In this document: positions 36,506-45,480 of the stretch, piece by piece
Position numbering within the stretch: the stretch's first letter is position 1
Layout: every line of letters begins with the position of its first letter
NCBI GenBank assembly: GCA_030525245.1
Contig: JAUNFB010000003.1
Coordinates: 8,424 to 72,423, forward strand
DNA length: 64,000 bases
Origin: Erysipelotrichia bacterium
GTDB lineage: Bacteria > Bacillota_I > Bacilli_A > Erysipelotrichales > Erysipelotrichaceae
Direction of reading: 5' to 3'
Notes under the pieces: model-generated
Seen by the model: only the letters and a program-made list of their open reading frames with translations
Database searches by the model: none
What the model was told of the DNA's origin: nothing
Position numbers and translations under genes: made by a program

Positions 36506-36778
36506 ATGGTTAGATATTACATTATTTTCTCCGGACAAGTTCAAGGAGTCGGCTTTCGCTTTACTTTGTATCAATTATCCAGACAAAGAGATATAACCGG
36601 TTGGGTTAGAAATCGTTATGACGGCAAAGTGGAGGCTCAAATGCAGGGTGCTCTAAATGATATTCTTGAAGTTATAAATGAATTGAAAAATCACAGTCAT
36701 TATATTGAAATTGATGATTATTCAATGAAGGAAATAGCACCGATTCCGCAAGAAAAGGGCTTCGCAATTAAGTATTAA
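36506..36778 (+). CDS. acyP: Acylphosphatase
   Basis: 90 aa with the signature GQVQGVGFR and a later GWVRN. Confidence 0.85.
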   Translation: MVRYYIIFSGQVQGVGFRFTLYQLSRQRDITGWVRNRYDGKVEAQMQGALNDILEVINELKNHSHYIEIDDYSMKEIAPIPQEKGFAIKY

Positions 36779-36839
36779 GGGCATTATTTTACAAAAATTG
36801 TACTTGATTTGTTAAAATTCAACTAAAGGAGTAAGACTT

Positions 36840-37694
36840 ATGGAAAAAACAGATATTGCGATTATCGGTAATGGACCTGCAGGCATATCGGCAGCATTAA
36901 CGGCTAAAGTTCGTAATTGTGATTTTAAGATTTTCGGTAATAAGGATGTCAGCCGAAAGTTAGATTTAGCAAAAAAAATAGAGAATTATCCGGGCGAATA
37001 TAACATTTCCGGTCATCAATTGATAGAAAAATATCAAAAGCAATTGGATTTGATGGGTATTGTTGTCAATGAGGAAAGAATAAACAATGTTTACTGCTCG
37101 AATGATTATTTTTTGTTGTTGACCGATAAAAATGAGTATCAAGCTAAAGCAGTTATTTTAGCCGGTGGTGCACCGAATGGTAAACTTATTGAGGGCGAAA
37201 AAGATTATTTGGGCAAGGGGGTCAGCTATTGTGCGACTTGTGACGGTAATTTATACAAAAATAAAATTATTGCGGTAATATGTGATGATAAATCATTGGA
37301 GGAAGAAGTGGAATATTTAGCCGGTTTGGCTCAAAAAGTCTATTATTATTCGGCATATAAGACCGATTTACATCTGCCTAATGTGAATATTTCTACTAAA
37401 AAGATTCAAAGGATAGTCGGTGAAAAGTTTGTTGACGGAATAATATCTGATGATGGCAGCATGTTGAAGGTGGATGGGGTTTTTATCTTGCGCAGTGTTG
37501 TCAATGCGGACAGTCTGGTTTACGGTTTAAAAACAGTTAATGGCAATGTTGTTGTAGATCGAAACATGGCAACCGATATTGCCGGGTTATTTGCCTGCGG
37601 TGATATAACCGGTCGACCTTATCAAATAGTAAAAGCTTTAGGTGAGGGAAATGTGGCAATCCACAGTGCGATCAGCTACTTGAATAAAAAATAA
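36840..37694 (+). CDS. Thioredoxin-reductase-like flavoprotein lacking the NADPH-binding motifs
   Basis: FAD motif IIGNGPAGISAA and the redox CATCDG. GGGNxA and HRRxxxR are replaced by CDDKSL and SAYKTD. Confidence 0.75.
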   Translation: MEKTDIAIIGNGPAGISAALTAKVRNCDFKIFGNKDVSRKLDLAKKIENYPGEYNISGHQLIEKYQKQLDLMGIVVNEERINNVYCSNDYFLLLTDKNEYQAKAVILAGGAPNGKLIEGEKDYLGKGVSYCATCDGNLYKNKIIAVICDDKSLEEEVEYLAGLAQKVYYYSAYKTDLHLPNVNISTKKIQRIVGEKFVDGIISDDGSMLKVDGVFILRSVVNADSLVYGLKTVNGNVVVDRNMATDIAGLFACGDITGRPYQIVKALGEGNVAIHSAISYLNKK

Positions 37695-37806
37695 GATGAA
37701 TGACTTCTGCCCGGCAGGAGTCATTTTTGCGTTCATATTGATGTATGATATAATTAATACTGTAAGAAAGAAAAACAAGTTATTGTCTTGTTGAAGGGTT
37801 ATTAAT

Positions 37807-39465
37807 ATGAAAATTTTAATTAAATTACCGTCGGCAGAAGCTATGACAATGGAATTTGATCACAATATGAAAGCTGAGGAAATATTGAATTTAGTTAAGG
37901 ATAAATTGGTTTATCCGGTGTATGGTTGCAAAGTTGATAATTCTTATCGCGGTTTATTGCATAATGTGCATCGTGATTGTACTGTTGAATTTTTAGATAT
38001 TCGTAATCAAGCGATTTGGTTGGTATACCAAAACAGTTTGGTATTGCTTTATTTAAAAGCGGTACATGATATTTTGGGTAAAGATGTTTTGGTATCGATT
38101 AATAACTCGCTGAATAAAGGATTATTTACGGTTATCAAAACAAAAATAGATCAGCAAACAGTTACAGCTATCGAACAGCATATGCGTGAATTGGTTCGAC
38201 AGAATATTCCTATTCAAAAAATGCACATGAAAAAATCCGAGGCTATTAAGTTGGCTGCTTCTTATAAACAAGCAGAAACCTGTGCTTTATTGCGCAGTAT
38301 CGAATACAATGACGATGTGGAAATTTATTCGTTAGATGATGAAGTGGAAATTTTCTATAACTTTTTGGTTCCTTCTACCGGATATTTGGATAAATTTGAA
38401 TTGCGCTTATATCGCAACGGAGTTTTATTGCGTTATCCTCATCCGACTAATCCGGATGTTATTCCTTATTTTGAAGATCAGAAAAAACTTTATGATGCTT
38501 TTTCCGAAGCTACCAAATGGGGACAACTCATGCAAGTCAATTATGTTACCGACTTAAATGAGAAGATAAGCAAAGGGGAAACAAAAGAATTATATTTGTT
38601 GCAGGAAGCATTGCATGAAAAAAAGATTGCGGATATTGCTGACAGCATTTGTCAGAGAAAGAGTAGGGTTGTTTTAATATGCGGTCCTTCCAGTAGTGGA
38701 AAGACTACTTTTGCGAAAAGATTGTGTATTCAGTTAGGTGTTAATGGCTTAAAAACATTATATTTAGGGACAGATGATTATTTCGTTAATCGGGAAGAAA
38801 CACCTTTAGATATAAATGGGGAAAAGGATTATGAAAGTATCAGAGCTGTGGATACAGAATTATTCATTCATGACTTGCAGAAATTGCTCAATGGTGAAGA
38901 AGCCGATCTGCCTAAATATGATTTTATTAACGGCAAAAAAATTTTTGGCGAAAGAAGAGTAAAACTGGAGAAAAACCAAATCATCGTTATTGAAGGCATT
39001 CATGCACTAAATAGTCTTTTAACGGAAGGGATAGAAGAAAGAGAAAAATTTAAGATTTATATTTCACCTTTTACACCGATCAGTATTGATCATCACAATC
39101 GCATTCCGACTACCGATTGTCGTTTATTAAGAAGAATGGTTAGGGATTATCAATTCCGCGGTTGGGATGTTAAGAAAACTTTGAGTGGTTGGAGCAAGGT
39201 CAGAAGCAGTGAAGATGTTAATATTTTCCCGTTTAACAGTGAAGCCGATGTTTTCTTTAATTCCAATTGTATTTATGAATTGGCGGTATTGAAAAAGTAT
39301 GCCGAACCGTTATTGAAACAGGTTTTGCCTGTCGATGCCGAATATGCCGAAGCTCAGAGAATGCTGTCGTTCTTGCGCTTCTTCGATGAAGTGAAGGACG
39401 AAAATATTATTGTCAATAACTCGATTATTCGAGAATTTATCGGAGGATCTATTTTGGTAGATTAA
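37807..39465 (+). CDS. Uridine kinase/PRK-family P-loop kinase with a long N-terminal extension
   Basis: P-loop ICGPSSSGKTTFAKRL in the C-terminal half and a ~280-aa N-terminal extension of ThrRS/TGS-like appearance. Confidence 0.65.
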   Translation: MKILIKLPSAEAMTMEFDHNMKAEEILNLVKDKLVYPVYGCKVDNSYRGLLHNVHRDCTVEFLDIRNQAIWLVYQNSLVLLYLKAVHDILGKDVLVSINNSLNKGLFTVIKTKIDQQTVTAIEQHMRELVRQNIPIQKMHMKKSEAIKLAASYKQAETCALLRSIEYNDDVEIYSLDDEVEIFYNFLVPSTGYLDKFELRLYRNGVLLRYPHPTNPDVIPYFEDQKKLYDAFSEATKWGQLMQVNYVTDLNEKISKGETKELYLLQEALHEKKIADIADSICQRKSRVVLICGPSSSGKTTFAKRLCIQLGVNGLKTLYLGTDDYFVNREETPLDINGEKDYESIRAVDTELFIHDLQKLLNGEEADLPKYDFINGKKIFGERRVKLEKNQIIVIEGIHALNSLLTEGIEEREKFKIYISPFTPISIDHHNRIPTTDCRLLRRMVRDYQFRGWDVKKTLSGWSKVRSSEDVNIFPFNSEADVFFNSNCIYELAVLKKYAEPLLKQVLPVDAEYAEAQRMLSFLRFFDEVKDENIIVNNSIIREFIGGSILVD

Positions 39466-39479
39466 TGGAAGGAAAATGT

Positions 39480-41123
39480 ATGAAAAAAATTATAAGTTTA
39501 TTATTGATATTGACACTTCTGGTAACTTTTACCGGTTGTAAGAAAAATGATACATCGGAGAGTGAGAAATTTGCTCAATTGACAAAGCAGTGGTTTGTAG
39601 AGGATATGAGCCAAGATTATCTTACGACTCATTTTGCATTGGTTGATATGAGCAAATACGGTATTGAAAAGCCGGAAGTTACTTTGGGTGAAATCGAAAA
39701 TGATGAGGAAGACACCACTTATAAAGACCGCTTGGCGCAATTGGAAAAGATCAAGGCTTCCAAATTATCTGCCCAAGATCAACTGACTTATGAAACGCTG
39801 ACGGATTATTATCAATTACAACAGGAAATGTTGGATTTCGAATATGATTACGGTTTTTTATTCACTCCTAACAGCGGAGTCAATAATAATTTGATCACTA
39901 ATTTTACCGAATTTGCACTCAGAAATGAAGAAGATGCCCGGGATTTTATCACTTTGGTTCGGGACAGCGGTCGTTACATGGATTTGTGTATCGATTATAC
40001 AAAGCAGCAAGCACAACAGGAAATTATCCAGAGCGATGCTACCATTGACGGTATTCTCGAACAATGTCGCCGTTTTATTGCCAATGTTGAAGACAATGAA
40101 GTTATTAAAGCTTACAATACTTCGATCAATAAATTGAATTTAACCAATTCTCAAGATTATAAGGAAGAATTGGCACAAGCTGTAAAGGAAATTTTAATTC
40201 CGGCTTATGAAAGAGTCATTGCTATGTATGAGGAATTAAAAGGTAAATCTGTAAACCAAGACGGATTATATTATTACGATGGCGGTAAGGAATATTATGC
40301 CGAAATGTTTAAATATCGGGCAAGCAGTTCACAATCTGTGGAAAAAGCGGAAAAGGCATTGGAAAAAGAAATTGACAGGTTGGTCAGAAAAATTGTTCGT
40401 CAGCAGGTAAAACTTAACGACGAGGAGCAAAATGCTTTCGAGAATGCCGATTATGGATATTCCGATCCTTATGAGATGTTGGATTATTTGAAAAAAGCGA
40501 TGCAGCAGGATTTCCCGCAGATACCGCAAGTCAATTATACAGTTGATTATTTGGATCCGTCGGTAACCAGTGACAATGTTGTGGCTTATTATTTAATTGC
40601 TTCTATTGATAATTTAACGGATAACATCATTAAGTGTAATCAAAGTTATTGTAAGGATGACCCGTCTTATCTATGCATTACTTTAAGTCATGAAGGATAT
40701 CCGGGACATTTGTACCAACATACTTATTATTTCACCAATAATCCGGATCAATTAATCAGATATAATTTGGATTACAGCGGTTTTACCGAAGGTTGGGCAA
40801 TGTATGTTGAAGATTATGCTTACGGATATTTTGAGAAGTCCGCTGAAGTCAGAGAATTGAATATATATTACAATCGCTTCAATTATTATTTGGAGGCATA
40901 TTGCGATATTTTGATTAATTATGAGGGTTATCGCCAAGATGATATTTCCAATTATTTGCAGAATTTCTTCACAAGAGAATATGCCGATGAATTGGCAGAA
41001 AGCCTGTATTCGACATTGGTATCCGATCCGTTGATGTTTGTCCCTTATGCTTTGGGTTACTATCATATGACGGAATTATATGATAAAGCTGAAAATAAAT
41101 TGGGTGAAAAATTCAATGTGTAA
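39480..41123 (+). CDS. DUF885-family lipoprotein, C-terminally truncated by an in-frame TAA
   Basis: Lipobox LVTFTGC and HEGYPGHLYQH (DUF885 HExxPGHxxQ). The conserved C-terminus continues in frame after the stop. Confidence 0.75.
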   Translation: MKKIISLLLILTLLVTFTGCKKNDTSESEKFAQLTKQWFVEDMSQDYLTTHFALVDMSKYGIEKPEVTLGEIENDEEDTTYKDRLAQLEKIKASKLSAQDQLTYETLTDYYQLQQEMLDFEYDYGFLFTPNSGVNNNLITNFTEFALRNEEDARDFITLVRDSGRYMDLCIDYTKQQAQQEIIQSDATIDGILEQCRRFIANVEDNEVIKAYNTSINKLNLTNSQDYKEELAQAVKEILIPAYERVIAMYEELKGKSVNQDGLYYYDGGKEYYAEMFKYRASSSQSVEKAEKALEKEIDRLVRKIVRQQVKLNDEEQNAFENADYGYSDPYEMLDYLKKAMQQDFPQIPQVNYTVDYLDPSVTSDNVVAYYLIASIDNLTDNIIKCNQSYCKDDPSYLCITLSHEGYPGHLYQHTYYFTNNPDQLIRYNLDYSGFTEGWAMYVEDYAYGYFEKSAEVRELNIYYNRFNYYLEAYCDILINYEGYRQDDISNYLQNFFTREYADELAESLYSTLVSDPLMFVPYALGYYHMTELYDKAENKLGEKFNV

Positions 41124-41224
41124 GAATTCAATACACTTATTTTGGATTGTGGAACAACTTCTTTCGATATTTTGTTAGAACAAGTGAATAATTATATTGA
41201 AAGTAAGAAATAAATAAGATTTAA

Positions 41225-41260
41225 AAAACTTGTTGTCATGTGTTGACAGCAAGTTTTTTT
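41225..41260 (+). terminator. Intrinsic terminator
   Basis: AAAACTTGTTGTCA-n5-TGACAGCAAGTTTT with a T7 run. It lies just after the extended DUF885 frame. Confidence 0.7.
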
Positions 41261-41320
41261 AATGCGATTAGAAGGTTGATGACATTATAAAATAGAATTG
41301 CGATTGACTCAGCAATTCTA

Positions 41321-41929
41321 TTATATCTTTTCTTCTATGATTACATCTTTTATGTATTGTGGCTGATATTGTCCGGAAGTTGCTTCGGTGATTAGATTAT
41401 TTATATCTTTTTTACAGGTGTAAATGTATTTTGCTTCTTCATTAAAATAACGGGTAAAGTTGTAAGCGTTATTGCGCAAAATAAATTCTATTTTGTTGGT
41501 TAAACTGTAATCGACAGTTAATTGATATTCTTTTAAAGAAAGTGGTTGGGTTAAGACAGCTTTTTCAATAGCTGATTGGCAGGCAGTACTATAGGCTTTG
41601 ACTAAACCTGCTGTTCCCAATAAAGTGCCGCCGAAATAACGAACAACTACAGCCAAAACATTGTCTAATTGATGGTTTTTTAAGGTTTCCGCGATTGGTT
41701 TTCCGGCCGTTGAAGCCGGTTCGCCGTCATCGTTGCTTCTTTGTGTATTGTTAATGATGCTGCCGTAACAATAGTGGGTGGCTTTCGGATAGTCTTTTTT
41801 TACTTCTTTGATGATTTCCTTGATCTTTTTATCATCGTTTATTGGAAATAACAAACAAATAAATTGAGATTTTTTCATTTCGAATTGAGCTGTTGTTTTT
41901 TCTTGAATATGGTACATATCAATCACCAT
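41321..41929 (-). CDS. IMPACT/YigZ family protein (UPF0029)
   Basis: RSNDDGEPASTAGKPI and VVRYFGGTLLG blocks. An alternative start exists at 41917. Confidence 0.8.
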   Translation of the reverse strand: MVIDMYHIQEKTTAQFEMKKSQFICLLFPINDDKKIKEIIKEVKKDYPKATHYCYGSIINNTQRSNDDGEPASTAGKPIAETLKNHQLDNVLAVVVRYFGGTLLGTAGLVKAYSTACQSAIEKAVLTQPLSLKEYQLTVDYSLTNKIEFILRNNAYNFTRYFNEEAKYIYTCKKDINNLITEATSGQYQPQYIKDVIIEEKI

Positions 41930-41970
41930 TAATATTATACTATAGTTTTGTGTGCTATAATTAGAAAGAA

Positions 41971-43527
41971 ATGAGGCTGTTTGTAATGAAGAACGTGCAG
42001 AAGAAAAACAAAAAGAAGAGAAAAATCAGGAAAATATCTTTATATACTTATTTAATTTATGCGATAGCGACAATGATTCTTTTTTTTGTGATAAAAGCTA
42101 CCGGAATTTTTCCTAATAAGTATCTTTTTGTAGTTTTCTTTCTTTTTTTAATCGGTATAATTGTTTTCGGTATCAGTGCTTTTATTCCGCAAATTAAATC
42201 CAAAATTAAAATTGCACAGTCATTGATTTGTATTGTTTTGAGCTTTTTGACGATTGTTTCTTGTGTCTTGTTGCCTCATTACAGTGGAAAAATCGCGCGG
42301 GCTTTTACTAGAATACCTGCGGAAGGAACAATGAACATTAATGTTTATGTATTGCAGAGTTCCGCTTATGATAATATCGGTGATTTGCAGGGTAAAAATG
42401 TCGGATTGCAGAAGAAGGTTGATTTGGATTATCAAAACTATGCGATCAAAGTGATTAATAAAGAATTAAATGGACAAAATATTGATGTTGTGCAATATGA
42501 AGATATATATGAATTGACCGATAAATTGTATAACGGTGAAGTTCAAGCCATATTATTGAATGAGGACTATGCTAAAATATTGGCAGAAAATCCAAATTAC
42601 AAAGATTTTGATACTAAAACTAAAGTTTTATATGTTTGTCCGCAAAAAATTTATTTAACATCTGCTACCAATGCGGTAAATGCGATTACTTCACAACCGT
42701 TTTTAATTGCCGTATCCGGAAATGATGAATGGGACTACAGTTCAATAAAAGCGAATGGACATTCCCGTACCGATGTGAATATGTTGGTGGCGGTTAACCC
42801 GGTCAGCAAGCAGATTTTGGTATTGACGATCCCGCGCGACAGCTATGTGTATTTAGAAGGTAAAGGTTATGATAAATTAACGCATGCATCGCTATATGGT
42901 ATGAATGTCTGGACACAAGCGTTGAAAAATATTTTTAATTTGGATGAGATTAATTATTATTTTCGGGTTAATTTTCAATCGGTAGTCAGCATTGTCGATG
43001 CGATGGGAGGAATCGATGTGGATAATCCTTATCGCTTCGAAAGTGATTATTGCTTGTATTGGGATGATAATCAGAATAAAGTCGTTCAATATAATGCGGT
43101 TTATGATGAAGGAATGATCCATTTAAATGGTTCCCAGTCTTTGGGATATGTTCGGGAAAGATACAGTTTACCTGATGGCGATATAGGCAGAAACAAGCAT
43201 CAAGCAATTTTCCTGAAAGCTTGTATTAATAAATTATGCAGCGTACAAACCATAACCAACATATCTAAATTGCTGGATTCTTTGGAAGGTACTTTTATAA
43301 CCGATTTGGATTACAATAAGGAAATTATTCCTTTAGCTCAGATGCAATTAAACGATATGGCTAATTGGGACATCAAAACTTATTCATTGAACGGTTATGG
43401 TGATGAAAAAATATGTTATTCTCTGGATGATGAGTTGTACAGTGTAGAAATGTTGAATGATGACAGTATTGCTGTGGCGAAAGAATACATTCGCCAAGTT
43501 TTAATCGGTGAGAGTTGGAATAATTAG
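41971..43527 (+). CDS. LytR-CpsA-Psr (LCP) family cell-wall polymer ligase
   Basis: 3 N-terminal TM helices, RTDVNMLVAVNP, IPRDSYV, and GYVRERYSLPDGDIGRNKHQ. Confidence 0.8.
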   Translation: MRLFVMKNVQKKNKKKRKIRKISLYTYLIYAIATMILFFVIKATGIFPNKYLFVVFFLFLIGIIVFGISAFIPQIKSKIKIAQSLICIVLSFLTIVSCVLLPHYSGKIARAFTRIPAEGTMNINVYVLQSSAYDNIGDLQGKNVGLQKKVDLDYQNYAIKVINKELNGQNIDVVQYEDIYELTDKLYNGEVQAILLNEDYAKILAENPNYKDFDTKTKVLYVCPQKIYLTSATNAVNAITSQPFLIAVSGNDEWDYSSIKANGHSRTDVNMLVAVNPVSKQILVLTIPRDSYVYLEGKGYDKLTHASLYGMNVWTQALKNIFNLDEINYYFRVNFQSVVSIVDAMGGIDVDNPYRFESDYCLYWDDNQNKVVQYNAVYDEGMIHLNGSQSLGYVRERYSLPDGDIGRNKHQAIFLKACINKLCSVQTITNISKLLDSLEGTFITDLDYNKEIIPLAQMQLNDMANWDIKTYSLNGYGDEKICYSLDDELYSVEMLNDDSIAVAKEYIRQVLIGESWNN

Positions 43528-43553
43528 GATAAAGTATAAATCGCTTCTATTAT

Positions 43554-44693
43554 TTGATAGAGGTGATTTTTATTAGGTGTAAAAGATGCAATAATGAAAT
43601 ATCATCCTTTTTTTATAATGGACAGCGGGGATGGTATTGTCGTAAGTGCGTGCGATTTTTATGTCGCAGTTTGCCTGTTGAAGAAATAAAAGAGGTGGAT
43701 AGTGAATATCATTTGAGTTTTTCCTTAACGGAACGACAAAAGGAAATAGCGGACAAATTGGATGATTTGATAAAGAAACAAGAAAGTGTTCTTTTGGAGG
43801 CAGTGTGCGGTGCCGGTAAAACTGAAATAGTTTACCAAACAATCAGTTCAGCTTTAAAGCAACATAAAAGAGTCGGTTTTGCGATCAGCCGTCGACAGGT
43901 TGTGCTGGAAATTGCTCAAAGATTGCAAAGTGTGTTTACTTCATTAAAAGTAACGGCAGTCTGTCAAGGTTATACTCAACAATTACACGGAGATTTAATT
44001 GTTTGCACAACGCATCAATTATATCGTTACTATCAATATTTTGATCTGCTGATAATTGATGAGCCTGATGCGTTTCCGTTTAAGGGAAATGATGTGTTAC
44101 AGGGCATTGCTTATAATGCTTGTCGAGGTCAATTTATTTATTTGACGGCGACACCGGATAAGTATTTAACGGATGAAGTGAGAAAGGGCAGATTGAAATA
44201 TTTGTATTTGTCCAAGCGTCCTAGCGGTCGGAACTTACCGGTTCCTCAAGTTATTTATCAAAACAAGTTAGTTTTGATAATGTGTTTGATTTATTGGTTA
44301 AAAAGGATAAAGGATAAACCCATATTGGTATTTGTGCCGACAATCAAATGGGGGAATGTTTTATATTTGCTTTTCTGCCGTTTTTTTAATTGTGTAAGTA
44401 TTAATTCGACAAGTGCTGATAAGGAAGAGAAAATAGAAGGATTCAGGAATGGTGATTATCATATCTGTTTTTCTACGACCGTTTTGGAAAGAGGAATTAC
44501 AATAAAAAATGTAAATGTTATTGTTTTTTTAGCTAATCATGCCGTCTTTGATGAGGCATCGCTTGTTCAGAGTAGCGGCAGAGTCGGAAGGAGCATTACT
44601 GATCCTGACGGTAAATGTATTTTTTTGGCGGAAGCAAAAACCGCAGAGATTGACAATTGTATAAAGAGGATAAGGTTGGCCAATGAGAACTGA
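43554..44693 (+). CDS. comFA: ComFA-like DEAD-box helicase (competence)
   Basis: N-terminal Cys4 (CKRC..CRKC), Walker A AVCGAGKTE, IIDEPD and SGRVGR. The start codon is uncertain (TTG 43554). Confidence 0.75.
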   Translation: MIEVIFIRCKRCNNEISSFFYNGQRGWYCRKCVRFLCRSLPVEEIKEVDSEYHLSFSLTERQKEIADKLDDLIKKQESVLLEAVCGAGKTEIVYQTISSALKQHKRVGFAISRRQVVLEIAQRLQSVFTSLKVTAVCQGYTQQLHGDLIVCTTHQLYRYYQYFDLLIIDEPDAFPFKGNDVLQGIAYNACRGQFIYLTATPDKYLTDEVRKGRLKYLYLSKRPSGRNLPVPQVIYQNKLVLIMCLIYWLKRIKDKPILVFVPTIKWGNVLYLLFCRFFNCVSINSTSADKEEKIEGFRNGDYHICFSTTVLERGITIKNVNVIVFLANHAVFDEASLVQSSGRVGRSITDPDGKCIFLAEAKTAEIDNCIKRIRLANEN

Positions 44694-45339
44694 ATGTTAT
44701 TGCTTGAATTGTATGAAAAGTATTCGTGATGAGGGTTGCATGGGGGAAATGTTGCTTGTCGATGATGTCTTGTGCGCAAAATGCCGTTATGAGCTGAAAT
44801 ATTATCCGCATAAAATTAAGATAGGTAAAATGAAGGTATTCGGGATGTATCGCTATTGTGATTTATGCCGCGAATTATTGATTCAATATAAGGAATATAA
44901 GGATGAAGCTCTGGGTGTTGTATTTCTTTATCCTCATATTGATATGTTGCGAAGGCGTTATAAAGATTATTATTTAGTCGCAATTCCTTCAAATTTCAAA
45001 TCTTTTTTGGAAAGAGGTTTCCGCCATGTAGAAACTCTTTTTTCACCGCTCGGATTACCGTTTTTGGATATTTTGCAAAACAGCAGCGACAGACAACAAA
45101 AGAATTTGCCTTTAGCGGAAAGAAAAAATATTTTTCAATATTTGCACTTGCAGAACAATGTCGATTTGACAGATAAGAAATTGTTACTGGTAGATGATAT
45201 TTTAACTACCGGTTCAACATTGAACGCTGCTTACAGTCTGCTGGAGAATAAGTGTAAAAAAGTAGAATGCTTGGTTGTTGCTTATAATGAAAGGTACTTA
45301 AGCGACTTTCAAAAGAAATTATATGGTCTAACACATTAA
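44683..45339 (+). CDS. comFC: ComF-family phosphoribosyltransferase-like protein
   Basis: N-terminal Cys-rich region and the PRTase loop LLLVDDILTTGST. The start overlaps the comFA stop. Confidence 0.8.
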   Translation: MRTECYCLNCMKSIRDEGCMGEMLLVDDVLCAKCRYELKYYPHKIKIGKMKVFGMYRYCDLCRELLIQYKEYKDEALGVVFLYPHIDMLRRRYKDYYLVAIPSNFKSFLERGFRHVETLFSPLGLPFLDILQNSSDRQQKNLPLAERKNIFQYLHLQNNVDLTDKKLLLVDDILTTGSTLNAAYSLLENKCKKVECLVVAYNERYLSDFQKKLYGLTH

Positions 45340-45390
45340 TGTGTAATAATTGTGAAAAAAGCACATAAAATAACTTAACTTGATAAAATG

Positions 45391-45418
45391 TTGACAATCA
45401 AAAAAATATTAGTAGAAT
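45391..45418 (+). promoter_or_regulatory. Candidate sigma-A promoter of the lipoprotein-apbE-rnf operon
   Basis: TTGACA (45391-45396), 16 nt, TAGAAT (45413-45418). Confidence 0.55.
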
Positions 45419-45480
45419 AAGTAATGGTATCTTTAAAAGTACCGGCAAAATTTAATTTTATTCTAAGAAAGGGAAAAGTC

